64,000 nucleotides of DNA from an uncultured virus (IMG/VR IMGVR_UViG_3300023703_000810) (lineage: Duplodnaviria; Heunggongvirae; Uroviricota; Caudoviricetes). The position numbers and the translations under genes were made by a program. The notes under the pieces are model-generated. The model was not told where the DNA came from. It did not search any database and saw only the letters and a list, made by a program, of their open reading frames with translations. Position 1 is the stretch's first letter. Each line of letters starts with the position of its first letter. The stretch lies in IMG/VR virus record IMGVR_UViG_3300023703_000810; one strand, written 5' to 3'. Below are positions 20,101 to 28,200 of the stretch, piece by piece.

Positions 20101-20369
20101 CTAATATCCCTAACGAAGCTGATATTAAGGTTTACTACAAGACTTCTCTGGGTGATAGCGCACAACTGGCTTCTACTAAATATACTCTGATCACACCAGA
20201 TTCTACAATCACTAAGGTAGAAAACGGTAACGATGCATTCTATGATGCAGACTACTCTTTAAGTGGTATGACACCATTTGATGGTATTGTAATTAAGATC
20301 GTTATGCAGTCTACAAATAGCTGTGCAGTTCCAGTAATTAGAGACTTGAGAATTATTGCCTGCCCATAA
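14133..20369 (+). CDS. Large virion structural protein (DUF4815/VrlC-like)
   Basis: N-terminal PYNDDYDENKKFYRILYRP..VQARELTQMQTILQNQ; YTMRDIGKLESRI..LEYYTSLSLLE; DPLAQSF; ends PVIRDLRIIA. Confidence 0.8.
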   Translation: MIDFNTEPYNDDYDENKKFYRILYRPSFAVQARELTQMQTILQNQISRHGDAIFKQGAMVIPGQASVETLTQPNKGSDYVKLQPIYNGVAVQTFLTALQGKTIVGSSGVTAQVFKIQDAEGTDPTTLYVRYTTTGSNNTTKTFSDSEVITTEDGAYSFQAASSASVGKGSLATIARGVYYINKHFCLVEEQSIVLEKYSNTPTYRVGLVVTESLVTPESDETLLDNAQNSYNYAAPGAHRYYMDLTLTKLSVDSVTDTNFIELIRVVDGNIKTIVEKTDYSLLGEELARRTMDESGDYTVREFALDVREHRNNDRGAWLQNTSYLYGDIVTNGGYTYVAKNSGTSVTTAPTHTSNTAYDGPGSTGIKWEFTTTPVYNRGIYKTGDAGKLAIGLEPGKAYVNGWEIQKDSTTYLEVNKARDYAQALGSIIQPAVGNYVLVTNVNNLPPVDTLATISLRQNITGTSVGTAQGSEIGTARVRIMEWDSGATYGSTAVYKLSLFDVQMNSGYSFNRDVKSFYYAGASAYLSFSADINPIWYQLPNSSVTASSTTVTGVGTAFLTDLKVNDLILIGDSNYRRVTAIADNGSLTIDSVLSIATGVSIKRATTQILEANNTSLVFPLANYAVRAMRGAGNSGVNNTTYTCYQKFTQTASGTTLSLSTSGTFASASGNTNYIVVDNNNGTYGGTVINPVSIVPTGSTCVITLPANQSGHSMTVIAAVTRNGSGYEKTKTLTSATETFTTAALAQQSTVYLDKADVSRIISIKMAPAVAFGSTPTSAQYTLDISDRYEFDNGQRSTHYDWGRLNLKPSFAAPSNPIQVVYEYFTHGVGDYFDVNSYSSIDYSEIPQLLRDSIDYRPRVADKSAGSAKNFVSTNASVTGLPKRGENISSDYSYYLARKDKIAIDKNGKFFDIVGVPSINPGDPADPSLGMVLYNIELQPYTFGASTDNVKVNKIENKRYTMRDIGKLESRINNLEYYTSLSLLEQETQSLKITDSTGMDRMKNGFIVDNFTGNNIGDGSSKDYFCSIDMENGQLRPFYTSHNVNLLEKNSNSSQRSAANYQLNGDIITLPIIDTPVLVKQEYASRLENINPFAIYTFLGNVNINPPSDDWFETTRLPDIVQQVEGNYNTIKQLAEKSGILGTVWGSWNTEWIGTPVSKGAETLTNNNASRDKLNSIAGNWSSNGGYNLRSVKVENFATPIGQSRTGVKTSVAVKTDYETVADRVVSSAVIPYIRSRNILIQTKSLKPSTRFYAYFDDIDVNAYVTPSTKMVYTANSGTFDITTNVGGSASETKRRIGGDSQICLNRGDVITNSAGTASAVVVGKYVDPVTGVLSLDLQNVIGTFSATQTFTGSVSGASGTVVSISTPTTLTTNASGELSFIFNIPETDAIRFRTGARELKLIDTSTSTGQWSSRGRGIYRAEGILDTKQANVNAVRNAEIVKEMVGPNDDPAARQTIYQTSQKVLSDTGWYDPLAQSFLVQQKGGAFLTGIDVFFATKDAAIPVSLEIREMVNGTPGKNVLAFSHTVLNPSQVNLSSTLVTLDGTDYPTYDTPTRFTFTTPVYVENNVEYCFVLQSDSNNYKVWISNMGDTIPGTSGRTISSQPYAGVLFKSQNASTWTPDQNQDMKFTIYRAQFDTSVVGSVDFVNDVIPKDTLDTDPVQTVSGTNTVRVWHYDHGMYVGSRVTISGITADVNGIPASELNGDHVIVTADSDCYTFSATTNATSSGYSGGTAVKATRNITYDLINPSLQMQTFSDTKCSFNIKTTSGKSVDGGQTPYIADTTVSPCLVKEDTYFYTPRVIASEINEVNSALGGAKSVTFTALISTTNDAVSPVIDTARASLVAISNSINSPTEANTNVAALDTKTIFTGSTGAYAFTATGFTSTNSTVRGLMASIGIGRYVTLAGSSNSGNNGTYLVTNFSDNGTTATITLGGFTGTVESVTTSGVSVALRELFFDEIAPSGSSTTSKYVTTPVKFNFSSTYMRIKFAANIPNEADIKVYYKTSLGDSAQLASTKYTLITPDSTITKVENGNDAFYDADYSLSGMTPFDGIVIKIVMQSTNSCAVPVIRDLRIIACP

Positions 20370-20602
20370 TGGACTACTTAAAGGTACTTGGTAATGATGG
20401 CTTAGTTAGAGATACAACTAACGGAGCCATTATAAATACTAGCAGAACAGAATATGAAGAATATATGACCCGACGCCAAAAGGCTGAGGATCGTGAGAAT
20501 TTAATCATACAGAACTCACAAGAGATAACAAATTTGAAGACTGAGATGCAAGATATTAAATCAATGCTTCAACAGCTTTTAGATAAAAAAATAAAAGAAT
20601 GA
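20369..20602 (+). CDS. Small coiled-coil protein conserved in T4-like phages
   Basis: LVRDTTNGAIIN motif plus coiled coil; translationally coupled to the upstream gene. Confidence 0.7.
   Translation: MDYLKVLGNDGLVRDTTNGAIINTSRTEYEEYMTRRQKAEDRENLIIQNSQEITNLKTEMQDIKSMLQQLLDKKIKE
20431..20438 (+). promoter_or_regulatory. Late promoter TATAAATA (inside the small gene)
   Basis: Perfect T4 late consensus ~190 nt upstream of the fibre gene. Confidence 0.5.
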
Positions 20603-20621
20603 ACCAAAAGGAAATCCTTAA

Positions 20622-21899
20622 ATGGCAACAATTACATTAAGAGCGACTAAAGGTAGTCCACTTACCAACACGGAAGTCGACAATAACTTTAGTAGCCTCA
20701 ATACAGACATTGGTACTCGTCTATTAGCAACTAGCTATACTGCTGCCGATGTTCTGAGTAAATTGCTAACTGTAGATGGCACTGGATCTGGTCTAGACGC
20801 TGACGTCTTAGACGGTCTAAATACCTCTTCTGGTATGCCCGTTGCAGTAGATAAAAGTTCTGTAGTCACACGTGACTCTACAGGTAACTTCTCTGGTGCT
20901 ACAATCACAGCTACTAACTTCTCTGGTAAGTTTTCTGGTGAAGCTGCTATTACTAGCGGCGCAATTAGCTCTCTTACTACAGCACTGTCTATCCCTAACG
21001 GTGGTACTGGCGCTACAACTGCTGCTGGAGCAAGAACTTCTCTGGGGCTAGCTATTGGTACAGACGTTCAAGCATACGATGCTGACCTAGCTGCACTGGC
21101 TGGTGTTACATCTGCTGCAGATAAAATTCCATACTTTACTGCAGCTTCTACTGCTTCTGTTACAGACTTCACTGCTACTGGTCGAACTATTGTTGGTTCT
21201 TCTACTATGGCGGTTGCTCGTACGAACTTAGGTTTGGCCATCGGTACAGACGTTCAAGCATATGATGCAGACTTGGTTGCCGTAGCTGGTTTAACAACAA
21301 CTGGTATTATCGTTCGTACTGGTGCTGGTACTGCATCTACTCGTACTTTAGTTGCTGGTACTGATATTCAAATCACAAATGCTGACGGCGTTTCTGGTGA
21401 TATTACTATCAATACTGATGCTCGTCCAGTAGCTGGTACTGGCGTTACAGTTGTCGGTAAGACAGTTTCTATCGGACAAGCAGTTGCTACAACTTCTAAC
21501 GTACAATTTAACTCACTAGGTGTCGGTACTGCTGGTTCTGGTACTGCTGGTGAAATTCGCGCAACTAACCAGATCGTTGCATATTATTCTTCAGATAAAA
21601 ATCTAAAGGAAAATATCACTGATATTCCAGACGCACTTTCTAAAGTAAATCATATCGGTGGTAAGTTGTATGATTGGACTGATGAATATATCTCCGCCCA
21701 TGGTGGTGAAGATGGTTATTTTGTTCAGAAAGCAGACTTTGGTGTAGTCGCCCAAGACGTAGAAGAAGTATTCCCTATTGCTGTTCGTCATCGTGAAGAT
21801 GGTACTCTAGCAGTAGATTATCAGAAGCTGTGCGCTCTAGCATTCGCAGCGATTAAAGAACTAAATAAAGAAGTAGAACTTCTAAAGAATAAGGGGTAA
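20622..21899 (+). CDS. Tail fibre with C-terminal intramolecular chaperone (peptidase S74-like)
   Basis: KGSPLTNTEVDNNF N-terminus; SSDKNLKENI..GVVAQDVEEVFP..VDYQKL plus terminal coiled coil. Confidence 0.85.
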   Translation: MATITLRATKGSPLTNTEVDNNFSSLNTDIGTRLLATSYTAADVLSKLLTVDGTGSGLDADVLDGLNTSSGMPVAVDKSSVVTRDSTGNFSGATITATNFSGKFSGEAAITSGAISSLTTALSIPNGGTGATTAAGARTSLGLAIGTDVQAYDADLAALAGVTSAADKIPYFTAASTASVTDFTATGRTIVGSSTMAVARTNLGLAIGTDVQAYDADLVAVAGLTTTGIIVRTGAGTASTRTLVAGTDIQITNADGVSGDITINTDARPVAGTGVTVVGKTVSIGQAVATTSNVQFNSLGVGTAGSGTAGEIRATNQIVAYYSSDKNLKENITDIPDALSKVNHIGGKLYDWTDEYISAHGGEDGYFVQKADFGVVAQDVEEVFPIAVRHREDGTLAVDYQKLCALAFAAIKELNKEVELLKNKG

Positions 21900-21905
21900 T
21901 AACTC

Positions 21906-22235
21906 ATGGCAGTTACATTAGGAAACGGTAACATCACTTTTGGTGATGGTACAGTACAATCAACAAGACCAACGTTACTTGGTGGATCTCAAGCTACTGG
22001 ATATCTTGGCCAAAACATAAGAGGCACAGTAAACTATAGTGCTTCTGAAGTTACATATGCTGTGCCAACAAGTTGGATTGGTCCTACTCTTAACTTCGGT
22101 TTAAGTCCATCAACTATGGTACTGGGTGGATTTGGTTGGTATCGTTCTGCCAACGTAGATACTACTGGTGATAGTACGGTTGACGCTGGTACTATTCAAG
22201 TTCGTGTTTACTATAGAACAATCGGTTCAGCTTAA
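21906..22235 (+). CDS. Small fibre-associated protein
   Basis: ITFGDGTVQST motif; G/T/S-rich; follows the fibre gene. Confidence 0.55.
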   Translation: MAVTLGNGNITFGDGTVQSTRPTLLGGSQATGYLGQNIRGTVNYSASEVTYAVPTSWIGPTLNFGLSPSTMVLGGFGWYRSANVDTTGDSTVDAGTIQVRVYYRTIGSA

Positions 22236-22248
22236 GGAGATAAATAAA

Positions 22249-22656
22249 ATGTATTTTTTGATTAACGATTCAGATAACAGCGTTAATGCTTGGTCTAATG
22301 AACCAATACCATCTTTTATGAATCACACTGGAACTACAGCTATTGAAAAATCAGTAGATCAGTTTCCAGATGATACAGATTGGCATGATTTATTTTATGA
22401 TCCATCTACAGACACAATGATTCCAAATAAGTTGGGTCTAATTAAAATGGAAACAAAAGAAGTTATTGAATATATCGAACAACAGAAACAAATTCAACAG
22501 GCTATAACTCAAGCTGAAACAAAGAAATATCAAGATCTTGTTACACATTTAGCTTCATTATTTCCAAATGACCCTAAGATTAAAGAAATTCTTTCTGATG
22601 GTGTTGTTACACAAGATGAGTTACAACAAATTGAGAATATGCTTAACGCTAAGTAA
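22249..22656 (+). CDS. Hypothetical protein (possible fibre assembly factor)
   Basis: AAGGAG RBS and ATG at 22249 (the ORF-track start at 22168 overlaps the previous gene). Confidence 0.55.
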   Translation: MYFLINDSDNSVNAWSNEPIPSFMNHTGTTAIEKSVDQFPDDTDWHDLFYDPSTDTMIPNKLGLIKMETKEVIEYIEQQKQIQQAITQAETKKYQDLVTHLASLFPNDPKIKEILSDGVVTQDELQQIENMLNAK

Positions 22657-23402
22657 TGTCAAAAGTTAACGTGGTATGTGTAAAGTGGGGAACCCTTTAC
22701 ACAAGTGATTATGTAAACAATCTATACTCCATGGTCAAGAGGAATCTTACCATGGAGTTTGACTTTTACTGTATAACAGATGACCCTTCTAATATTAGAC
22801 AAGAAGTGATTTGTAAGCCATGTCCGATAGATTGGTTGCATGATGTTGGTTCTCATGAGAATCAATGGTATAAAGAGTCTATGTTTGTTAAGGGGACACT
22901 ACCTGAACGAAAAACATTATACTTAGACTTAGATGTAGTTATTGTCTCATCTTTAGATCCTCTGTTTATATTCCCTGAAGAAAAGTGGTGTATGTCTCTT
23001 GATTTTTTAAAGAGAGATATTACAACATATCATGGCGCAGTAATGGTATTTAATCCAAAATATTGGTACGACTTTTTTGATTTCTTTAAGAAAAAAGTAG
23101 CTAGTGGGTATAAACTTATTAGAGGTAATGAACAACCTCTTATTGCATTATACCACTTAAGTAGAAACCAAAAAGATATTAAAATTTTACCAAATGAGTG
23201 GATTTGGTCTTTTAGGTTCGGACATAAACGAGATGATATAAATGTATATAACCAAAACATTTATAGAGGATATAAACCACCAGAAAACGGTATGATTTGT
23301 TCTTTCCATGGGTTTCCAAGTCAGCATCAAGTTTTAGAATTAGAATACATAGATAAACAAGCTGTGAAGTGGATATCAGATAATTGGAGAAATAATGATT
23401 AA
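22656..23402 (+). CDS. GT-A fold glycosyltransferase
   Basis: VVCVKWGTLY..YVNNLYSMVKRN..FYCITDD; LYLDLDVVI (DxD motif); FHGFP. Confidence 0.8.
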   Translation: MSKVNVVCVKWGTLYTSDYVNNLYSMVKRNLTMEFDFYCITDDPSNIRQEVICKPCPIDWLHDVGSHENQWYKESMFVKGTLPERKTLYLDLDVVIVSSLDPLFIFPEEKWCMSLDFLKRDITTYHGAVMVFNPKYWYDFFDFFKKKVASGYKLIRGNEQPLIALYHLSRNQKDIKILPNEWIWSFRFGHKRDDINVYNQNIYRGYKPPENGMICSFHGFPSQHQVLELEYIDKQAVKWISDNWRNND

Positions 23403-23907
23403 GAAATCTATTCCATCAGAAAATATCATTAAAATTCTGACAGAAGAAATTAAAAACTTTGGATTAGAATTTGCTAAAGGTAAGCCTATTGGTAATGTCA
23501 GTAAATTAGCATTCGATAATTTTATAACTGCTATTCCAAAGACGCAAGATAATACTAAAGCATCTATGAATTTTGGTGCATTTGATATGCAAAGAAAAGA
23601 TCAACCTTTCGTAAAAGAAGTTATCGATATTCTTGGAGCTAAATCTTGCACTAACACAATGTATTATACTCAAAATAGTTGCATAGATTGGCACACAAAC
23701 TCAGATAATGTTGGAACTAGAGTCTACATTATTTTTACCAATAAACCTGGGATTTTCAGATATAAAGATCCATTTACAGGTACTATTGTTGACGATATGG
23801 ATTATATTGGATGGACTCAGAGAGAATTCAAAGTAGATAAAAATAATTTACTTTGGCATTGCGTACATTCACCTTCACCAAGATTTGCATACGGTTTTAA
23901 TAGATGA
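23395..23907 (+). CDS. Cupin / 2OG-Fe(II) oxygenase-like protein
   Basis: IDWHTNSDN...LWHCV with jelly-roll metal-ligand spacing; C-terminal RFAYGF. Confidence 0.55.
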   Translation: MIKKSIPSENIIKILTEEIKNFGLEFAKGKPIGNVSKLAFDNFITAIPKTQDNTKASMNFGAFDMQRKDQPFVKEVIDILGAKSCTNTMYYTQNSCIDWHTNSDNVGTRVYIIFTNKPGIFRYKDPFTGTIVDDMDYIGWTQREFKVDKNNLLWHCVHSPSPRFAYGFNR

Positions 23908-24830
23908 TACAGTTTGATAAAGTCGACGGACAAACCTATAAAGCAGAACGTCTCGATCAAATATTCAAACATAGAAATGTATCTTATATTGAACAGTTTA
24001 ATAGCGTAATAGAATCTGCTATTGAAGGATTAGATGTAGATGGTATTATTCGATACAAAAATGGTGATAAAAAAGAAAATATAGATCAACCATTTTTGTA
24101 TTATAACTATGGTTCTCCAGCTCCATGGTTAGGTAAACTTCTGCCACAAGGTTATGGATTTTTAAACTTTCAACCAAATGACATTTATAAAAAGTGTAAG
24201 GTAGAAATAGGAATACAGAAAAAACTATTAGACTTATATAATTCTGGAAAATTCACAAGATATACACAACCGCCACTTACGCAAGTATATCTTCCAGAAA
24301 ACTTTATTTTAGTTTCTATGCAGAATACAGGTTCTACTGTTTGGTATAGAAAAGATTTTAGTAAACTAGCTAAAGAAATTATATCATGGTCAAGAGAATC
24401 TAAAAGACATGTTATATTTAAATGGCACTCTGGATGCATTGATCATCACAATCCAGTTAGATGGTTTTCAGAATTAAATGAACATAGTTTGTATGCCTCT
24501 ATTGATTATACTACACCACTCTACCACCTAATTAAACATTGTGATATGATGTGGACAGCTTCAAGCATGTCTGGAATTGAAGCACTAATATGTAATAAAC
24601 CAGTTGCAGTATTCGGCGAGACTGAATATATGGAAATGGCAGTTGTTTGTGATTCTCCAGAACAGGCTATAAATACTACTATTCCAGTAGATTTAGAACA
24701 GTGGTTAACTTATTACGTTAGACACTATTGTATAAACATATATGCAAGTGATGCCGTGGATAGAATTAGAACACGAGCAATTTCTCATTTTGAACAAAGG
24801 TTACCCCTAGATGAACTTATCTTACTCTAA
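23904..24830 (+). CDS. Capsule-synthesis (KpsS/KpsC-like) GT-B-type protein
   Basis: VIFKWH followed by LIKHCD..TASSMSGIEALICNKPVAVFG. Confidence 0.65.
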   Translation: MIQFDKVDGQTYKAERLDQIFKHRNVSYIEQFNSVIESAIEGLDVDGIIRYKNGDKKENIDQPFLYYNYGSPAPWLGKLLPQGYGFLNFQPNDIYKKCKVEIGIQKKLLDLYNSGKFTRYTQPPLTQVYLPENFILVSMQNTGSTVWYRKDFSKLAKEIISWSRESKRHVIFKWHSGCIDHHNPVRWFSELNEHSLYASIDYTTPLYHLIKHCDMMWTASSMSGIEALICNKPVAVFGETEYMEMAVVCDSPEQAINTTIPVDLEQWLTYYVRHYCINIYASDAVDRIRTRAISHFEQRLPLDELILL

Positions 24831-25461
24831 CGATCCATTCCCACATATAAAAGGTAGCATAGATCAAGATTTATATGAAGATGTTATAAAGGAATGGGAT
24901 AATATCACACATAAAGAATATAATGTTGCAACTGGCAATCGATCTAACATTCCCTTAGAAAACTTAGAACTTTTTTCTAAAATCTCATCTATTATGATGC
25001 AATGTTATGAAGTGTTCGCAAATGACTTTATTGTAGAATATCCTAAATTAGCAGATAAACAGTTTAAACTTAAACCAAGAATTTTATACTCTGAGAACAA
25101 GGCTTCAGAGTTACCGTATAAAATTAGAGGATGGCATTTAGATACTGGTGATAAATTTTTAGTAGGATTATGGTACTTCAAACACCAAGATGAGGAAGAA
25201 AATTCTGGTGGTGATCTGCTTCTCATGAACCCTACTACTAAAAAAACTACAGTAATTAAATACGAAGCGAATAGTTTTATCATATTCCCAAACTTAACTT
25301 CTTCTTGGCACGCAGTTACACCAAGAAAACCTTCTAAGTATCCAAGAAGATATATTAACCTCCTTTTAGAGTCTCCTGATATTAGACTGCACAATTATAT
25401 GAGAACTGGTAATACAGTAGACGATGAATTCAGGGGTAAACTGGAAAACTACTACAAATAA
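24811..25461 (+). CDS. 2OG-Fe(II) oxygenase
   Basis: DPFPH start; GWHLDTGDK (HxD); GGDL; SWHAVTPR; RRYIN. Confidence 0.8.
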   Translation: MNLSYSNDPFPHIKGSIDQDLYEDVIKEWDNITHKEYNVATGNRSNIPLENLELFSKISSIMMQCYEVFANDFIVEYPKLADKQFKLKPRILYSENKASELPYKIRGWHLDTGDKFLVGLWYFKHQDEEENSGGDLLLMNPTTKKTTVIKYEANSFIIFPNLTSSWHAVTPRKPSKYPRRYINLLLESPDIRLHNYMRTGNTVDDEFRGKLENYYK

Positions 25462-25463
25462 TC

Positions 25464-25483
25464 AGCGCCTTCGGGCGCTTTTT
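25464..25483 (+). terminator. Rho-independent terminator
   Basis: AGCGCC-TTCG-GGCGCT followed by a T run. Confidence 0.9.
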
Positions 25484-25497
25484 GCATTCTCCAAGAT

Positions 25498-25505
25498 TAT
25501 AAATA
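25498..25505 (+). promoter_or_regulatory. Late promoter TATAAATA
   Basis: Perfect T4 late consensus right after the terminator. Confidence 0.75.
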
Positions 25506-25535
25506 AGAAGATAAGAATCGTTTTAGGATTAAGAC

Positions 25536-25871
25536 ATGGCGACAATCAGTAACCTTTTCGTGGACGCTGGAGCAAACTACAGTAATATCATCACTGTGGC
25601 TGCAACTAACGGACAGGCTCTAAATTTAACAGGATATACAGTGGCTTCTCAGATGAGAAAGTCATACACATCCTCAACTGCTTATAATTTCACAGCTTCT
25701 ATCTACGATGCTGTAAATGGCAAAGTACGCCTACAGCTTGACTCAACTCAATCGTCTACCATTCCAGCTGGACGATGGTTATATGACGTAGAAATCACTT
25801 CTCCTTCTGGTTTTAAAACTAGAGTCGTAGAAGGAATCGTGACAGTCTCTCAGCAAATTACACAGATTTAA
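25536..25871 (+). CDS. Small structural protein (BppU N-terminal-like)
   Basis: LNLTGYTVASQMRK..GRWLYDVEI..RVVEGIVTV. Confidence 0.7.
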   Translation: MATISNLFVDAGANYSNIITVAATNGQALNLTGYTVASQMRKSYTSSTAYNFTASIYDAVNGKVRLQLDSTQSSTIPAGRWLYDVEITSPSGFKTRVVEGIVTVSQQITQI

Positions 25872-25877
25872 AACATA

Positions 25878-26123
25878 ATGTCAGATACAATCGCTATTGT
25901 ACAACCCGATGAAGCACTTCAGGTAGCAGTCTCTGAGGGTGTTCTTACACTTTCTTCATCAAATGTGGCTAACCCTGCTGTTGTTGAATCAATGTCTGAT
26001 ATCGCAGACGTTGATGCCACAATTAAGGTTAATGGGTCTATTTTGGTATACAAAACAACAACAAACAAGTGGACATCCACAACCACCCTCGATGCTCAGA
26101 ACATGGAAGGTGGAGAATTTTAA
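25878..26123 (+). CDS. Small fibre-associated protein
   Basis: IADVD..NGSILVY..KW; ends MEGGEF (DGG-type terminus). Confidence 0.6.
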   Translation: MSDTIAIVQPDEALQVAVSEGVLTLSSSNVANPAVVESMSDIADVDATIKVNGSILVYKTTTNKWTSTTTLDAQNMEGGEF

Positions 26124-26137
26124 TGGAGAAATAAAAG

Positions 26138-28135
26138 ATGGCATCAATTATTAGAATTAAACGCTCATCAGTATCTGGGAACCCTAGTACCCTTGGAGCT
26201 GGTGAATTAGCCTATTCTGCTTTAGCAGACAACGGATCCAACGGTGGTGACAGATTATACATCGGTATGGGTTCAGAAACTGCAGGTAATGCTGCAAGTC
26301 ACGTAGTCATCGGTGGTAAGTTCTTCACCGATATGGTTACTGCTGCGACCAACCTAAACACAGCTTCTACTTTAGTTAAGCGTGATGCTTCAGGTAACTT
26401 TACTGCTGGTACAATTACTGCATCATTGACAGGTAATGCTGATACTGCAACTAAGCTAGCAACTGCCCGTACTATTGCCTTTACTGGTGACGCTACTGCT
26501 TCTGGTTCTTTCGATGGCTCTGCTAACTACAGCCAAGCAATCACATTAGCGACTGTTAACAGTAACACTGGTCAATTTGGTTCTGCTACTGCGATTCCTA
26601 TTATTACAGTAAACGGTAAGGGTCTAATCACTGCTGTCTCTACAGCAAATATTGCCACAACTCTAAACATTACTGGTGATACTGGATCTGATGGAATCTC
26701 TCTTCTAAGTGAGACACTAGGTTTCGTTGGTGGTACTGGTATTACATCTAGCGTCACAGCAAATACAGTAACATTCGATATCGATTCAACTGTAGCTACG
26801 CTAACTGGATCTCAGACTTTAACAAACAAGACTATTAGTGGTGCTTCTAATACGCTAACTAATATCGGAAATTCTTCTCTTGTTAATAGTTCTGTAACAT
26901 TCGGTACTACAACTATTGCTCTTGGTGGTTCTTCAACTACTATTGCAGGTCTTACTCAAGTAGATGTTGGAAATATTCGTGTTACTGGTAACGCTATTTC
27001 TTCTACTGATACTAATGGTAACATTGTTCTAGACCCTAATGGCACAGGTACTGTTGATGTTTCTTCTTCTCGTATCACTAACTTAGCAGAACCTGTAGCA
27101 GACTCTGATGCTGCTACAAAGTACTACGTTGACGCTGCTCGTTCTGGTTTAGATATCAAAGGTTCTGTTAAAGTTGCTACAACTGCTAACATCACTCTTT
27201 CTAATACACAAACTATTGATGGTGTAGCTCTTTCTGTTGGTGACCGTGTTCTTGTTAAAGACCAAAACACAGCATCTCAGAATGGTATCTACGTAGTCGC
27301 TTCTGGTGCGTGGGTTCGTTCTGCTGATGCAGATAACAATCCAGGTGGTGAAGTCACTTCTGGTATGTTCTGTTTCGTTGAACAAGGTACTGCAAATAGC
27401 GACACTGGTTTCGTTCTAACTACTAATGACCCAATTGTTCTTGGTACCACAGACTTAGCATTCACTCTATTCTCTAGCTCTGGTACTCTGATTGCAGGTA
27501 ACGGTCTTTCTAAGAACGGTTATACTCTAGAAGTAAACGTTGCTTCTACTGGTGGTTTAGAGATCTCTGCAGATAATCTACAGTTAAAGTCTACTGTTGC
27601 TGGCGACGGTCTAACACTAACATCTGGTGTGTTGGCTGTTGTTGGAACTTCTAACCGAATCACTGTTAACGCTGATAGTATCGATATCGCATCAACTTAT
27701 GTTGGTCAAACATCTATCACTACTCTTGGTACAATCGGTACTGGTACTTGGCAAGGTGATTTAGTATCTCCAACTTATGGTGGTACTGGTGTTAACAACG
27801 GCACTAAGACTATTACTCTTGGCGGTAACCTTACTACTGCTGGTGCTTACGCAAGTACATTGACAATGACTGGCGCAACCAGCGTTACATTGCCAACAAC
27901 TGGTACATTAGCTACACTTGCTGGTGATGAGACTCTCACAAACAAGACTATCACTGGCGCTACTGTTAGCGGTGGATCTGTCAATAACACTCCAATCGGA
28001 GCTTCTACTGCTTCTTCTGGTGCGTTTACAACATTGAGTGCTACTGGTACTATTACTGCTTATGGTAATATCACTGGTGCTGGTGCTGGAACATCTACTC
28101 TAGATGGTTTCAACATTGACGGCGGCACTTATTAA
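26138..28135 (+). CDS. Tail fibre protein
   Basis: IRIKRS..LGAGELAY; DAATKYYVD; IDGVALSVGDRVLVKDQ..NGIYV; TLTNKT repeats; ends IDGGTY. Confidence 0.8.
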   Translation: MASIIRIKRSSVSGNPSTLGAGELAYSALADNGSNGGDRLYIGMGSETAGNAASHVVIGGKFFTDMVTAATNLNTASTLVKRDASGNFTAGTITASLTGNADTATKLATARTIAFTGDATASGSFDGSANYSQAITLATVNSNTGQFGSATAIPIITVNGKGLITAVSTANIATTLNITGDTGSDGISLLSETLGFVGGTGITSSVTANTVTFDIDSTVATLTGSQTLTNKTISGASNTLTNIGNSSLVNSSVTFGTTTIALGGSSTTIAGLTQVDVGNIRVTGNAISSTDTNGNIVLDPNGTGTVDVSSSRITNLAEPVADSDAATKYYVDAARSGLDIKGSVKVATTANITLSNTQTIDGVALSVGDRVLVKDQNTASQNGIYVVASGAWVRSADADNNPGGEVTSGMFCFVEQGTANSDTGFVLTTNDPIVLGTTDLAFTLFSSSGTLIAGNGLSKNGYTLEVNVASTGGLEISADNLQLKSTVAGDGLTLTSGVLAVVGTSNRITVNADSIDIASTYVGQTSITTLGTIGTGTWQGDLVSPTYGGTGVNNGTKTITLGGNLTTAGAYASTLTMTGATSVTLPTTGTLATLAGDETLTNKTITGATVSGGSVNNTPIGASTASSGAFTTLSATGTITAYGNITGAGAGTSTLDGFNIDGGTY

Positions 28136-28140
28136 TACTG

Positions 28141-28181
28141 ACTAAATACAATTAGTTCGCTGGGGTTTTTACCCCAGCTTT
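28141..28181 (+). promoter_or_regulatory. Late promoter element (ACTAAATA) followed by an 8-bp hairpin
   Basis: ACTAAATA at 28141-28148; GCTGGGGT-TTTT-ACCCCAGC at 28159-28178 (terminator or 5' stabiliser). Confidence 0.55.
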
Positions 28182-28200
28182 AACCTTTTTAGGAAGATGG

